Positions 7,042-19,000 of a stretch of 41,915 nt of DNA are shown piece after piece. How positions within the stretch are numbered: position 1 is the first letter of the stretch; the number at the start of each line of letters is the position of its first letter. The DNA is from a virus. Taxonomy: Duplodnaviria > Caudoviricetes. The notes under the pieces are model-generated. The model saw only the letters and a list, made by a program, of their open reading frames with translations, did no database searches and was not told where the DNA came from. The stretch lies in IMG/VR virus record IMGVR_UViG_3300020460_000024, positions 1 through 41,915 of that record; one strand, 5' to 3'. A program made the position numbers and the translations under genes.

Positions 7042-10000
7042 TTATTTGCCTTTTTCGATAACAATCCTTTCACCCGTATCCACATTGGTAAAGCGTGCCT
7101 TGGGACCGAATTTAATAAGGGCTTTTTCAAATCGCTCAAAGCGGTCTTTCTTGAAACCTTCTACATTGAACTCCCTACGCATATCCACCGAAGGTAGATA
7201 CCGTTCTGTTGCGCGGTAATCAACAATACCACGCCGTCTAGCGGGTCCGATTCCGGCATACTTGAGTCTTTCCAAAGCCTCTTGGCGGGTTATCGCCCCC
7301 GCTTCCATGTTCATGGCATCTTGTACCATGCCTACCAGCTCGGCGTCTATCCGCTTACGTTGTTCAATGACTCTCTTTGCCAGTTCTTCGATCTCACGAT
7401 CACCTTTCGGGCCATCCATATCCCGGCTACCGTCTCGTAGTGTGCGGTAAACCACATCTGTAAGATTCTTACGCTCAATCTGTCGGGAACGGGCCGCTTT
7501 ATAAATCGCAAGATCCAGCCGAACTTTCCTTGGCGATGCCGGTAGCATGATCTGAGTGATGGTCTCTTCAAGAGACCTCTTCAGCGTTTCATCGTCAGCT
7601 CCCTGACTGCTTTCCCACTCGCGTAGCCTCCTGAGGTTACCCGGCTCAACCGCTCGGTTTGCAAAATGGCCAAGCCCTTTCAGCATCTTCGTCTTAAGAG
7701 GGTCACCTTCATTAAAAACAGTGCCGTCTTTGTTTTCATAAGTCTCTTTCAGGGTTGATCTAATGAACCCCGGATTGATAAACCTTTGAGTGTACCCCTG
7801 CCAAAGATTCAGTGCTGCTGTCTGATAGTCGCCTCGGAGAAGCTCCAGAATAGCAGCAGTTGACCCATCAAAAACAGGGGACGCGGCATTGATGTATGTG
7901 AGGTCAAGAGAGTACAATGCGTCTTCCTCAAATTCCTGACCCGTGAAACCCAACACCTTCTTTAACAGGTGCCCCGGCAGGTAGATGTACTGGTTGAGTT
8001 TACCCCACGGTGGGGCGGCTTCCTTAAGAAGTTCTTCCTCCTCGTCTGTGGGGTTTATCCCCAGAACAACAGCCGATGCAATGGGAAGAGCAATGGACAT
8101 ACCTCCATGTACTGTGACTGCGGCAGCAAGTCTTTGGGCTCCGCGCGCCTGCATGACCGGATTGCTGCTTTCCATCTCTTCTTTGGGGATGGCGCGCATC
8201 TGGTTATGGACAATCCTGAACTGATCCAACCAGAACGAGAGGAAAGGATCAGCATGGAACGCGTTGTATCTACGTAACGATTTCGCAAAATTAGGCGCTT
8301 CGGAATATACAGGACTCATGGCTCTGGCTTTACGCGCGGCCTCAAACTCCAACTGCTCCTCGGTCATGTTCAGGAACCCAGTGTCTACGTTATTTTCCTT
8401 ATCATAATCGCGGGCGTTTCTAAGCGCCTCAAGCTCAGATTTGTACAACGCCTTTTTCCCTGCGTAATCAATCCCTTGAGCAAAATCGACCAACCTCCGA
8501 AAAGCTCCCCCCAGAACGTAGTCACCTCCCTTGGTCACTACCAGTAGTCCTTTCTTAACAAGGTTCTCCTCGGTCATATCCTTAGGGCTGAGTGCCATAA
8601 GTTCCTTGGTACCATCGAAGAAAATACCATAGGGGTTTTTACTGTTCTGAGTAGCGACCTGCTCCAAGTAGTTTAGGTCCATCTGACTCTGGTCGATTCC
8701 AAGTCTCTGATCTATTATTGACCGCGTAGTTTTTAATCGAGGGTCTCTTCCTATAATAAGTGCCTTCGCCTTACTCTCACCCCGTGCTGCTTTTCTGGTC
8801 CTACCAAAAGCCATTACGAACTCAGATACGACGCTAAAAGGGTTAACCAAAGCCGCCATGCCATACGATGTGACTGCGGTAATAGCATTTCTAAAATGAT
8901 ACGCAGGTACATTCGCAACGGTTTTAGAGAACATGAACAACGAGTTCAGCTTAAGGAACACATTCGTCAGGTGCGCCGCCCCCTTGACAAGAGTCGAACC
9001 ACTCCGGTCCGCTATGTCATACAGAGTGGTGGCTGCATTACCTCGACTCACATTTCGGTAAGCCTGCAGGGATGTATAAAGATCCTCAGGAACATACATA
9101 TCCAGAGAAGGATCGAACATAGATACAAACCCCTTGCCCTCTACCTTACTACTAAGAGGTCTAAGCGGAAGCCCAGTCCTGAAATTAACGTATGGGCGGG
9201 CACCCGCTTCCATCAAACCTGCGGCCTCTGCTTCTTCGTAGGTAAATACAAACGCGTCTTTTACGTTACCGTCTTTAACTCCTCCCACTTCCTTGAGATC
9301 ATTAAGGAAGGTCATGGACTCAGCCATCCGAGTCTGCATGGTAACTGTGGCGTAGAGACTAGCTAAGCCGTGTTCCTCGAAAGAACCGTCTTCGGTACGC
9401 TCAAGACCAAACTGCCCCAGCAGGTAGCGCACTCCCTCGTCAACATCTCCTTTGGATCTGAGGTTATCAACCTGCACCCGTGTGAGGCTAGCTACAGCTT
9501 CTCCTTGGGATTTTTCAATGTCTTTATGGTCTACCCGCTTACCTTCAGCCGTATCCAATAAAGTCGCTAAGAATTCATTCAAGGCTGCAACACCCTTATT
9601 ATCTCTAGTGACTAAATCTTCAGCGCGTTTTGTTACAAGCTGGTTCAACTCTTTTTTGGAAAGCTTCTTGAGTATTTTTGCCTCAGCTTCTTGGGCAGGA
9701 TCAGTAAATGTGACGCCCGCATCCAGACTTTCAATCAACGCCAGCAGTTCCTTTTTTATCTTTTTCTTTTCTACTTTGACCTGCTCGCCCTCAAAGAACG
9801 GTAAAGCCGCGTCCCTTCGGTCTTGGAATTTGCCGTCTGGGTTCATCACTTCCCGCAAATAAGCGATGTCGTTGTGTGCGCGGTATCCCCTTGTCAGGTA
9901 GATGCCCCCCATGCGGTCAAAGATAACCCCTATCTTACCGCCCCTTACATCAGTAAGCTTGTACTGTTTACTGATAAGCTTACTCAAGCTATCAATAGTG

Positions 10001-13000
10001 GCGCGGACAGCTAGGATAGCACTGACGACATCTCTTCCTAGCTGTGGGTTTTGGGGAGTACTCTCCTCCAAGAAAGCCCTTGCCTGTTTCTGGGTCTCCT
10101 TGAATTCTTCAACCAAGTTAAGTCTCAGCTGTTCTTCTACCCTATGTACCAGCATAGTCTTCATGTCCTGAAGTGCTTCAGGAGATATATGCTCAGCGGG
10201 GCGCTTGTTCTCGCGTACTTCTTTTCTGACCCGTGCAACTGCGGCTTTATAGCGGGCGTGGACCCGCGCCTTGGTTTCGGGGTCAATGTCCAGACTGTCG
10301 GTTGTACCCGCAGCAGCGTTCAGTGCTTTCAATATTTCGGGGGACGGAGTCTTACCGAATGCCTCATTCAGGAGTTTCTCCATGTGAAGCATATCTGTTT
10401 TTAAGAGAGCGTTAACTGCCTCAGACCACCGCTCATAATCTTTTAACATCCGCATTACCCGTGGGTCTTGCTTCCCGCGAGCTAACCAAGTAGCAAATTG
10501 CTTGGCGTATTTAGTGCCCCACTTGCCTTCGATATCAGAAAGGTGTTGAAATTCCCCGTTCTGGAAAAGGTGCCCGATCTCAATAGAATTGATGAGTTGT
10601 TCCCGAAGCATCGCCTCCACATCTCGTTCGTGTTCTTCTTCCTCTTGAGGACTTAGTTTTTTGCCGTCCTTCAACCTCGCTGAAATACGGTCTGCCCGAT
10701 CAAAGGTATTAAAAGCAGCTCGGATACCCGCAGATGGATTCTCGGGGTCAAACTTTATAGATCCTAGCGGCTCACCAAACTGACCCTCGACGTCCCTGAA
10801 ACCCAGCTCCTCAAGCTCCCCGTCTTGGAGCATCTTAAGGCTAAGATGGGCTCGCTGCACCATTTCAAGGAACCTAGGGTTGGGCACCGCATCCCCCAGA
10901 TCAGCTCTTAAATCCGTCATACGGGAAAGCAGCTTATTGAATACCCCAATAAGTTGCCGCTTAACCAAGCGCATGAATATAGGTCTAGTCGGATCGTACG
11001 AGATGTATTCCCCGTCGACGAGCCGACTATAGCTATGCAAAAGGGATGAACGCTCTGTAGAGATTCCTGATTTAATTCGCTTCTGTACTTCTCTTCGCAA
11101 CCCCTCAGAAAGCATGTTGTATAATCGCCCGACTTTAGAGCCTTTATCAGGGTATTGCGTAACCGCACCAGCCAGTTCACCCGGCGCGGGAGGAGTACGC
11201 TGCTTAAACTGCTTAAAGCCTTCTCTTATATCCTCTAGTACTTCTTCAAGTTCAGGGTCATCCCCCTTTTTATAAACCCCCCTATGCTTGCTGAAACGGG
11301 GCGATTGACGATGATATTCATATGCCATTTCAATGATGCCTTCTTCCCCCAATTCTTCTATGACCTCATCCCTCAGTTCTTGGGGGATAACGAGATACTC
11401 TACCCCGTGAATAAATTCTTCGGAGACGACAGCCTCTATGGAATCTTTAAGCAGATACGCACTTAAGATAGAAATTCTCTTACGCTCACGGGCGGTCAGT
11501 TGGCGCGTTCGCCGCGTGCGTCCACCGATCAACCCATAACTCTCCTCAAACGCCGCAAAGTCTAAATCTTTACCCTCCATCTCACCAAACCGATAATAGT
11601 CTAACCTAGCGTCGGGGGACGGAACGTCAGCCGTGGGGCCAAATGGCCCAACCCCCGAAGGGCGGATGCTTTTGGGCATAAAGAACCCCTCGGTCCCTAG
11701 AATATTTGTTAAGTAACCAGCCGCACCCTCAACGTCCTGAACGCCACGCTTCCCAAGCCGGGGGGCTCCGACTATCATGTCAAAAAGTAGATCCATTACA
11801 AACACCACAGCAGAAGCGTAACTCGTCTCGTCAAGGCCACTTTCATCCGGTTCGGCATCAAACTTCGTTTCTAAGATCGTCTGGTAAGCGGGAGCAATAT
11901 CCCCAGCCGGTTGTGTACTACCCGGAGCCCTCTCATGACTTTCGAGATACAAAACCCTAACCCCGTCAGGTGCTTGCCGAGCAACCTCATCCTTAAATAG
12001 CCTATCAAAAATCACACGAAACCGATTCTTCCTCAACTTTATTGCTTGTTCACTCCACGCCGACTTCTGGTCGTCATCCAGATTGTCCCACTCATCACGA
12101 CCTTTTTGGCTGTGCGCCCTTTCTAACCTGACGTATTCATCATAAAGAGCCCGCTCAACCTCAGCTTCTGGGGAGACCCCCGTGAACCATGACTTACGGA
12201 GAACTCCGTTGGGTGTTTTGTGCCGTTCAAATTGCAACGGATCTTGTGCAATACTCACAGCGGTCGCATCTAAACCAAGGATGTCCCGCAAATGGTTATG
12301 CGCTCTGCGACCTCGGTTGTGGTTTTCGATCAGCTCATTAACCTGCTGATTCACAAACACCTGTTCTTCATTTAGAGTAACAGATAGGTGAGAAGTATTT
12401 TCTGGGGCGTTCTTGAAGTTAGCAAAATTATACACATACTCCAAAGCTTCGGCAGCTTCACGCTCTACCTTGGTTTCCTTGTTAACAAGCTTCACAACAA
12501 GATCCATCATACGGCGGAACACACTCCTGTTCTCCACTGCTATCTTGCGGGTTGCCGCTTGGAAAGCCGCTGAACTAATAAACGTCGTAAAGAACTCTTC
12601 GTACCCTATTGTACGGGGTAAGATTATATCTGACGGCTCACCAATCACTCCAGCCAAATCCAAGTCCTCGTCTGACGTACCCTCCTTTGTAACTTCTCCC
12701 GACGCAGCGACCCCAAAAGGCTCGTATTGCTCGGGGTCTTGGAGGCCCGTGCGAGGGTCTATCAGGCCACCTTCATACGTAGCGCGGATCACCCTACGCC
12801 CTGTCCCGAACACGTAGTCCATCAGCGGGTCAGCCTTGCCGCGAGCTTTTGCTTTGAGCCATGCCTCATATGTTCTGTCGTAAAGAACTTCCATCTGCTT
12901 ACGCGCAGCTCTTTGCGCGGTCGTAAGCTCGGAGTCGGGGGTGTCCATTATACGAGCAAATACCGCGTGAGCGACTTCGTGTAATATGACGGAGCTAACG

Positions 13001-16000
13001 CCCTCCCCGTAACGGGCATTCAGGTTCAAGTAAATGGTGCCCGCGAAAGAATCCGATGGTACAAAACTACCTGCAAAGTGTGTTCCTCCCCGAACAATAC
13101 GAAAATCAAGTTCACTAATCTCTTTGCGGAAAGCCGAGAGCAGTCGCGCGGAGAGCTGAAGGTTGGGGTCCAGAGATGCTTTTCCAGCTTCCGCAAGTGC
13201 GCCTTTTCGCATAATCCGACTCCTCGTCGGTATTCCTAGCGCGCTGTCACCATAAGCTAGATCCTCAATAGCTTTTAGAACGCTATCAATGTCTCCGTCA
13301 ACAAGCTCCAGTTCCGCGACTTCCTTGCGGTTAAGGCTAAATGCCGCCCGCTGGTGTATGCTATCTTGGAATGCGGGGGCTCTCGACCCCCTAACTGCTC
13401 GCTCAAGATTAACCACTTCCGCGATCTGGTCGAGAGACGCGCCCGCGACAGAATCAACAGCTTGAGTGAAATGAGTTTCCTGCAGACCCTTTAAGGTATT
13501 TTTTACATCCTTGATTTGTATAACATTAGTGGAGAAAAGCTCTGCCAAAGCCAACAGACCAAGTTTTGAATCTTTAACAGCAGTTGCGAAGTTTTTCAAA
13601 AATTCTCCGCGGATCAAACGTAACTCCGAACCTGCTTCTCCGACAACAGAAGGGTCTAACAATGCATTCTGAAGACTTACCGCAATTTCTATATATTTTT
13701 GTTGGGCCGTCTGAGCCCCACGCATCTCAACTACTTCATCGAGTTCTTCATAAAACTCATTCAACGCCGCATTGGCTTCAGGACTTTCATCTAGAATAGT
13801 TGCTAACGCGGAAGCCAATCCAACTTTAATCGGCTCGTAGTCAGGAATCGCTTCCATACGTTCCTGTAATTCAAGGGCCTCTTTCGTTTTCTCACGCGAC
13901 TCTGTTTCTTCAACAACTTCGCCCTCACCCACATCGAGGCCGCGTGCTTGGCCAGCCCCCACATCCCCCAGCCCGACGCCCACATCCGCAGGGCGTCCAA
14001 CACCCTCGGGGGCTTCGGCACCAACCCCTTTGTCTGCTTCTTCATCGCCCCTGCCAGAAAGTTCCGCTCCTAAACTGTCAAAGGTATCTTCCCGATCTAA
14101 ACTTTGTGCCCTGTTTGACATCCCACGCACACTATTGTCAGCATAGAGCTGCATCGCGCGGTCTACTTGTAGTTTGATGATGTCTCTAGCAGGGTTGTAA
14201 AGATTTGGTACCGGCCTAATTGCCCCCTCTGCCGACGGATTAGCGGCCCCCTTGTTACGGGGGGTATCGCCCCGTGTAGTAGACGCCTTTAATGCTTCAG
14301 CAACTTTGCCTAGAATAAAGTCTAGAACATCTATATCGGGGTCTTTTTTAAGTGCTTTTTCAAGAGCTGTAGAAGTTGCAATCCGTGAGCCCATCAAAAA
14401 CTCAGATAAGGCGAAAGCTGCGGCACCTCTCCCAGACTCAACAGAAACACCTTCCCCCGCCATCGACTTGAAAATCTTCAAGGCCGCGGCATACATGGGG
14501 TCACTTGCCATATCCTCAGGGATAGTGACATTATCATGTATTGCAGCTACAAGCGCATCAGCATCACTCTGGTCTTCGCGCTTGTTTTCCATTGCTTGTA
14601 TAAGGGCTACCTCAACCGCGGCGCGTTCCGCACGTGCGGTCAGCCCACTTAGATACAAGCTTCTTATGTCTCCACCCACGCGGATCATAACGCCCTCCGC
14701 ATTCCTATAGCTACTGTCTTTTGCCCGCGCCCCCCGTTCGGGATCATTAACCTTTTCAATAAGATCCAGCTTATCCTTTGAAGTAGGGATCTGAATACTG
14801 GTATAGTTATTGTTGACCCAATCAGCTAGTATCCTGACATACGTTCCGATAGTTACCTTGTTTGGGGCCGTAGCGGCTGTCTTTGCGTCAAGATTGTTCT
14901 CGTCTACTCTGATCTCCAGAGCAGTGTCCTCGTCAACAAAGTGCATCAAGAACTGAACCTTCCGCCTAATTTTGCCCGTAGTAACGTCTGGGTTAGCAAC
15001 CCTGCTCCGCTCTTTGTTTCCAAGAATACTGGTTTCTTTAGAAAGGTCGGAACCAACGGGATAGAAAATGTCGTAAACTTCTTTCGTATCTTGGGATAAG
15101 GTTTCTCCTGCGCGGTCTCCTCTAAAAGTCTTGTTTACTTTATCACCGCTAAAACCCACTGGGATCGGAATATAATAGTGCCCCAGTTCATCCATAGCCT
15201 TCGCCATTGCGCGAGGGTCGTTGTTAAAAAGAATAACGGGTTCGTCGGGTCTACCCCCCTCCCCATCATCAAAGATACCTCCGTCAACATCCCTAATCAA
15301 CCATACCGTAGAACCACCGAACTTGACCCCAGAAGAAGTCACACCCCTACCCCCCAGCCATTGGTGGTCGGGGATAAATACTCCGTGTTCTTCTAAATGT
15401 TGTTTTACCTCTAACTTTTTGCGGGGTCTTGAACCTTCACCTGACTCATCTGCAATTTTGTCACCTAGAATAGGGTGGTCCGCTATAATCCCCAGATTAA
15501 TTGTGCGGGCGGTTTTCGATTTTTCGATTGTATTTAGCTTAAGCGACTTCGGTATTCCCATCGCAGCCACGGGCCAGTCGCCCTCAGATCGGGACTTTAA
15601 TGCCCCTGCGGCGATCATGTTCTGCTCAAATGTTTCACGTAGAGGTTCGGGAGCAGGGGGTTCTGACCCTGACTCTGGCTCTTGAGGGGCAGATTCGACG
15701 GTTAAAATTGAAGGGTCGAAAATTGAATACTCAACCGAACCTCCCGGTAGTTCCTGCTTAACCCCCTTAATGCCGTGTTTGACTAGAAGCTCCCTAGCTT
15801 TTTCTCTACCAAGAAGTTTAACAAAAGCCCCAATAGGATTCACCCCATCACGAAGGTGATTTACACCGCGGACCCTTTGAGGGCCTTCAGACATTTCCCC
15901 TATATTATTGAAGCCTATTTCTTTGGCAGCTGAGTTCAGCATATTGATGGCCTCTTGGAAGCCTGCGTCGTCCAACCCAAAATGTAGCTTGGCCGCTTGT

Positions 16001-19000
16001 AATATAACGTGGGCGGATTCATCCACTTCCGCAGACATAAGTTTCCCGCGCTTCTTGTATACGTTCTCAACCGCAGATTCATCGTTCAGGAAATATATTC
16101 CCGGCCCAAGCGCCGCGTACCCTTCCATAGGGGCGACCCCACCCCGCTCGCTTTGCCCCACACGGCTAAAATCATAGTCCGTAAAACTGGGCAGATCTTC
16201 TGATTGCCCCGTATATAATATAGTTGGGCCTGCGGGCTCTGGCTCTGGCTCTGGCGGCTGCTTCCCTTTTTTCTTCTTCGCAGCTTTCTTCTTCGCAGCT
16301 TTCTTCTTCGCAGCTTTCTTCTTCGCAGCTTTCTTCTTCGCAGCTTCTTCCGCTTTTGCTTTTCTTAAAGCGGCAACGCGCTCGCGCTCTTGCTCCCGTT
16401 CAAACTGATCTTCCAACTGTTGTTGGCGTCTGCTTGCACCTTCAATCTCAGCGCGACGGTCGTTAATTGTTTTTAACCCCGTCAAAACATCCCTCAGAGA
16501 TCTAAGAAGAGTCAGTTCCTGTTGGCGCGCGGGGCGCTCCTTTGTCTCGGAGTCATCAAAAGCTTTTTCTTTGTCAGCAATAAGATTGCTGACATCCCCG
16601 ATGACCGCATTATTTGGCTGTTCGGTTAAGAATTTTGCGCCTAGTGGTCGGCCTTGGTGCCCGCCACCAGCTTTGTAAGCCCGCGTTCCTTCGCTTAGGC
16701 TTCGCGCTTTATGCAGGCTTTCAAACTCTTCCCGCAATCCGGCAAGTCTGTCCAAAAGCTCTTCTTCTATATTATCAATCGCGCGAAGGTCTTCTTGTTC
16801 CCTAAGGTCCCTCCGCAGGGGCTGCATAGCTTTCTCTACAAACTCAATAGCTGTGCGCTCAAGCTCCTCATCAGTTCTTCTATACTCTAGATCTCTTTGA
16901 CTTTCAGTGGCCCTGAGTCTTTCGAGCACACCTTGGACGAGCTGCTCTTTATCAGAAACAGAAACAATGGACTCTCCCGTACCCGACGAAGTGTTACCCC
17001 CACCAGCTCCTTCATGAAGTGTTTCTTCGATAGCGTTTTTTACATCCTCTTCGTTAGCGTTATCTAGGTTTTGGCCTGCCTCTTCCTCGGTGACACCTTT
17101 TAGCAACTGTTCTTCAAGGTAACCCTTGGACTCTCTAAGAGCAGCCCTGTCACTATTGTCCTTGGTAGTGTTGAGCTTTTCTTTAAGAGCTTTATCTACT
17201 ACTGCTAAAGCAGCTTTGCGGTCCGCTTCATCTGCTTGAGCTGGAGCAGCAATAACATTGAAAAAATTAGCTAGATCTACTTCTGCTGCTCTAAAAGCTT
17301 CTGGGTTAGTTGGGTCCTGTATAATAAGACCAAGAGCTTCAAGGGCGGCGCGGGTATTATTTTCCTGTAACTGAGCTTGTTCTGATTCTGAATCGGCTTC
17401 AGAACTTTCGGCGTCTTCTTTTTTACTCTGCTCCGCTTCAGGATCGCCTGTTGAGGTTTCAGCTGACTTTGCCCTGAGTATTGAAAGCTCAGTTATAAGG
17501 GTGGCCACTTCGCCCTCTAATCTCTTTTGCTCCTCTTCGCTGGTTGCAGCATCTAGTTTAACTTGAAGATCAACAATTTCTTGCTCAATCTTATCCGCTG
17601 TATTTATATCATGGTCACTCGATGACTCATCCTTGCTCTGCTCCCGCTGTTTTTCCCGGTCCTTAAGCCGTGCCGCAATAGCTTCTTCTGGGAGAGAACG
17701 CGCAGCAACTTGGAGCCCACCAAGTATTTCTTCTACTGTAGCGGCGGATTGAGGGCTACCGCTCTCTTCAAGTTTAGCTACTAGTTGCTTGTGAATTTTT
17801 CTAGCAATTTTAGGTAGCGTTTCCCGCTCTACTTGCGCTTGTTCGCTTAGTTTTGTTAATTCACTCTTAAAAAGACCCTTCAAACCACGCCCGCCCTTTG
17901 CAAGTGCGGGTGCTCCAGCCCCTAATACGACTCCGTATATAGCCCCCATTCCCCCTTCCTTCAGCCTGTCCATGAAAGGGCGGTCCATGTCAGAAGCCGA
18001 AGTCCCAGCCATAGCCGCAGACCGTGCAAAAGTGTTAAGAAAAGCATCGAAACCTTCTTGCAGCCCTTCAAATGCCGCACCCCTAGCTATAGGGCCGCGT
18101 AACCACGCAAACTTTATGCCGTCCCCCACTACCTTATTCGCAACATCTGTAACAAAGTTATTAAAGTTCGCATATTTTTTGCCGCGTAGCTTTTCAAAAA
18201 CACGTTTGACCTGTCCCGTAGTCGCCCCGCCAGTAACCCAGTCTTCCAAACCACCCATGCCCAGACGCTGGAGACCCACCACTGTAGCCACAGTGAACAT
18301 CCCACCCATTACAGCCCCACCAAATGCACGGTCGTGAATCTCTTCAGCAGATAACGGTTTTCCGTCCGATCCCGTAGCGCCTTGGAGCGCCATGTGTATA
18401 TCCCCATACGTGTGTGCGGATGATCGCAAAAACGCTGGGGCTGAAATAGCGGGGTACTGCCCCGCCCTAATCCCCCGGCCAATCGCCGTAAGCGCATCGA
18501 CTGCCGCTTCTGACCGCATAGACATAGGCAGTGCAGCAGAAACTCTTTTGGCTGACTTAGAGTTTTTAATTACGTTTTCAACGAACCGCTTGGGCAAAAC
18601 TCCCTGCGGAAGGTTACCCAAAGTCATTTTGCTAAGCCCGCCATCAGTAGCTCGCAAAAATGAGCTTTTCAAAGCAACTTGGCCTTTGGCCCCACTCACT
18701 GTCCCCGACCACCCCGGCAGCAAATTGTCTGCTTCCTTGGCATATTTTTTTACTGAAGGAAGCGTCTTGATGTACCCGCGCGCATACGCTTTTTCTAGTG
18801 ACAGACGCATTGTATCTTCGGCACCGTCTTTAAGAATGTTCCTAAGACCAAACCCGAAGGCCCCTGTGATATAAGATTTTGCTGTCGCTGTAAGGCCGTA
18901 CTTAGATAGAGCAGCAGAAGCATAAGCGGTTGACCCCACACCAGCTGTGGGGGTTGCTAAAGCAAAAGACGCACCAATGTCTATAGCTAGAGGCACAGCC

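Noticed and set aside
13285-13299. DGDID (DxDxD) in the giant protein, reminiscent of the virion RNA polymerase catalytic loop of crAss-like phages
   Set aside because: It lacks the surrounding double-psi-barrel context (no NADFDGD/DFDID-like flanks) and sits in a helical stretch leading into the zincin domain. A structure prediction would settle it.
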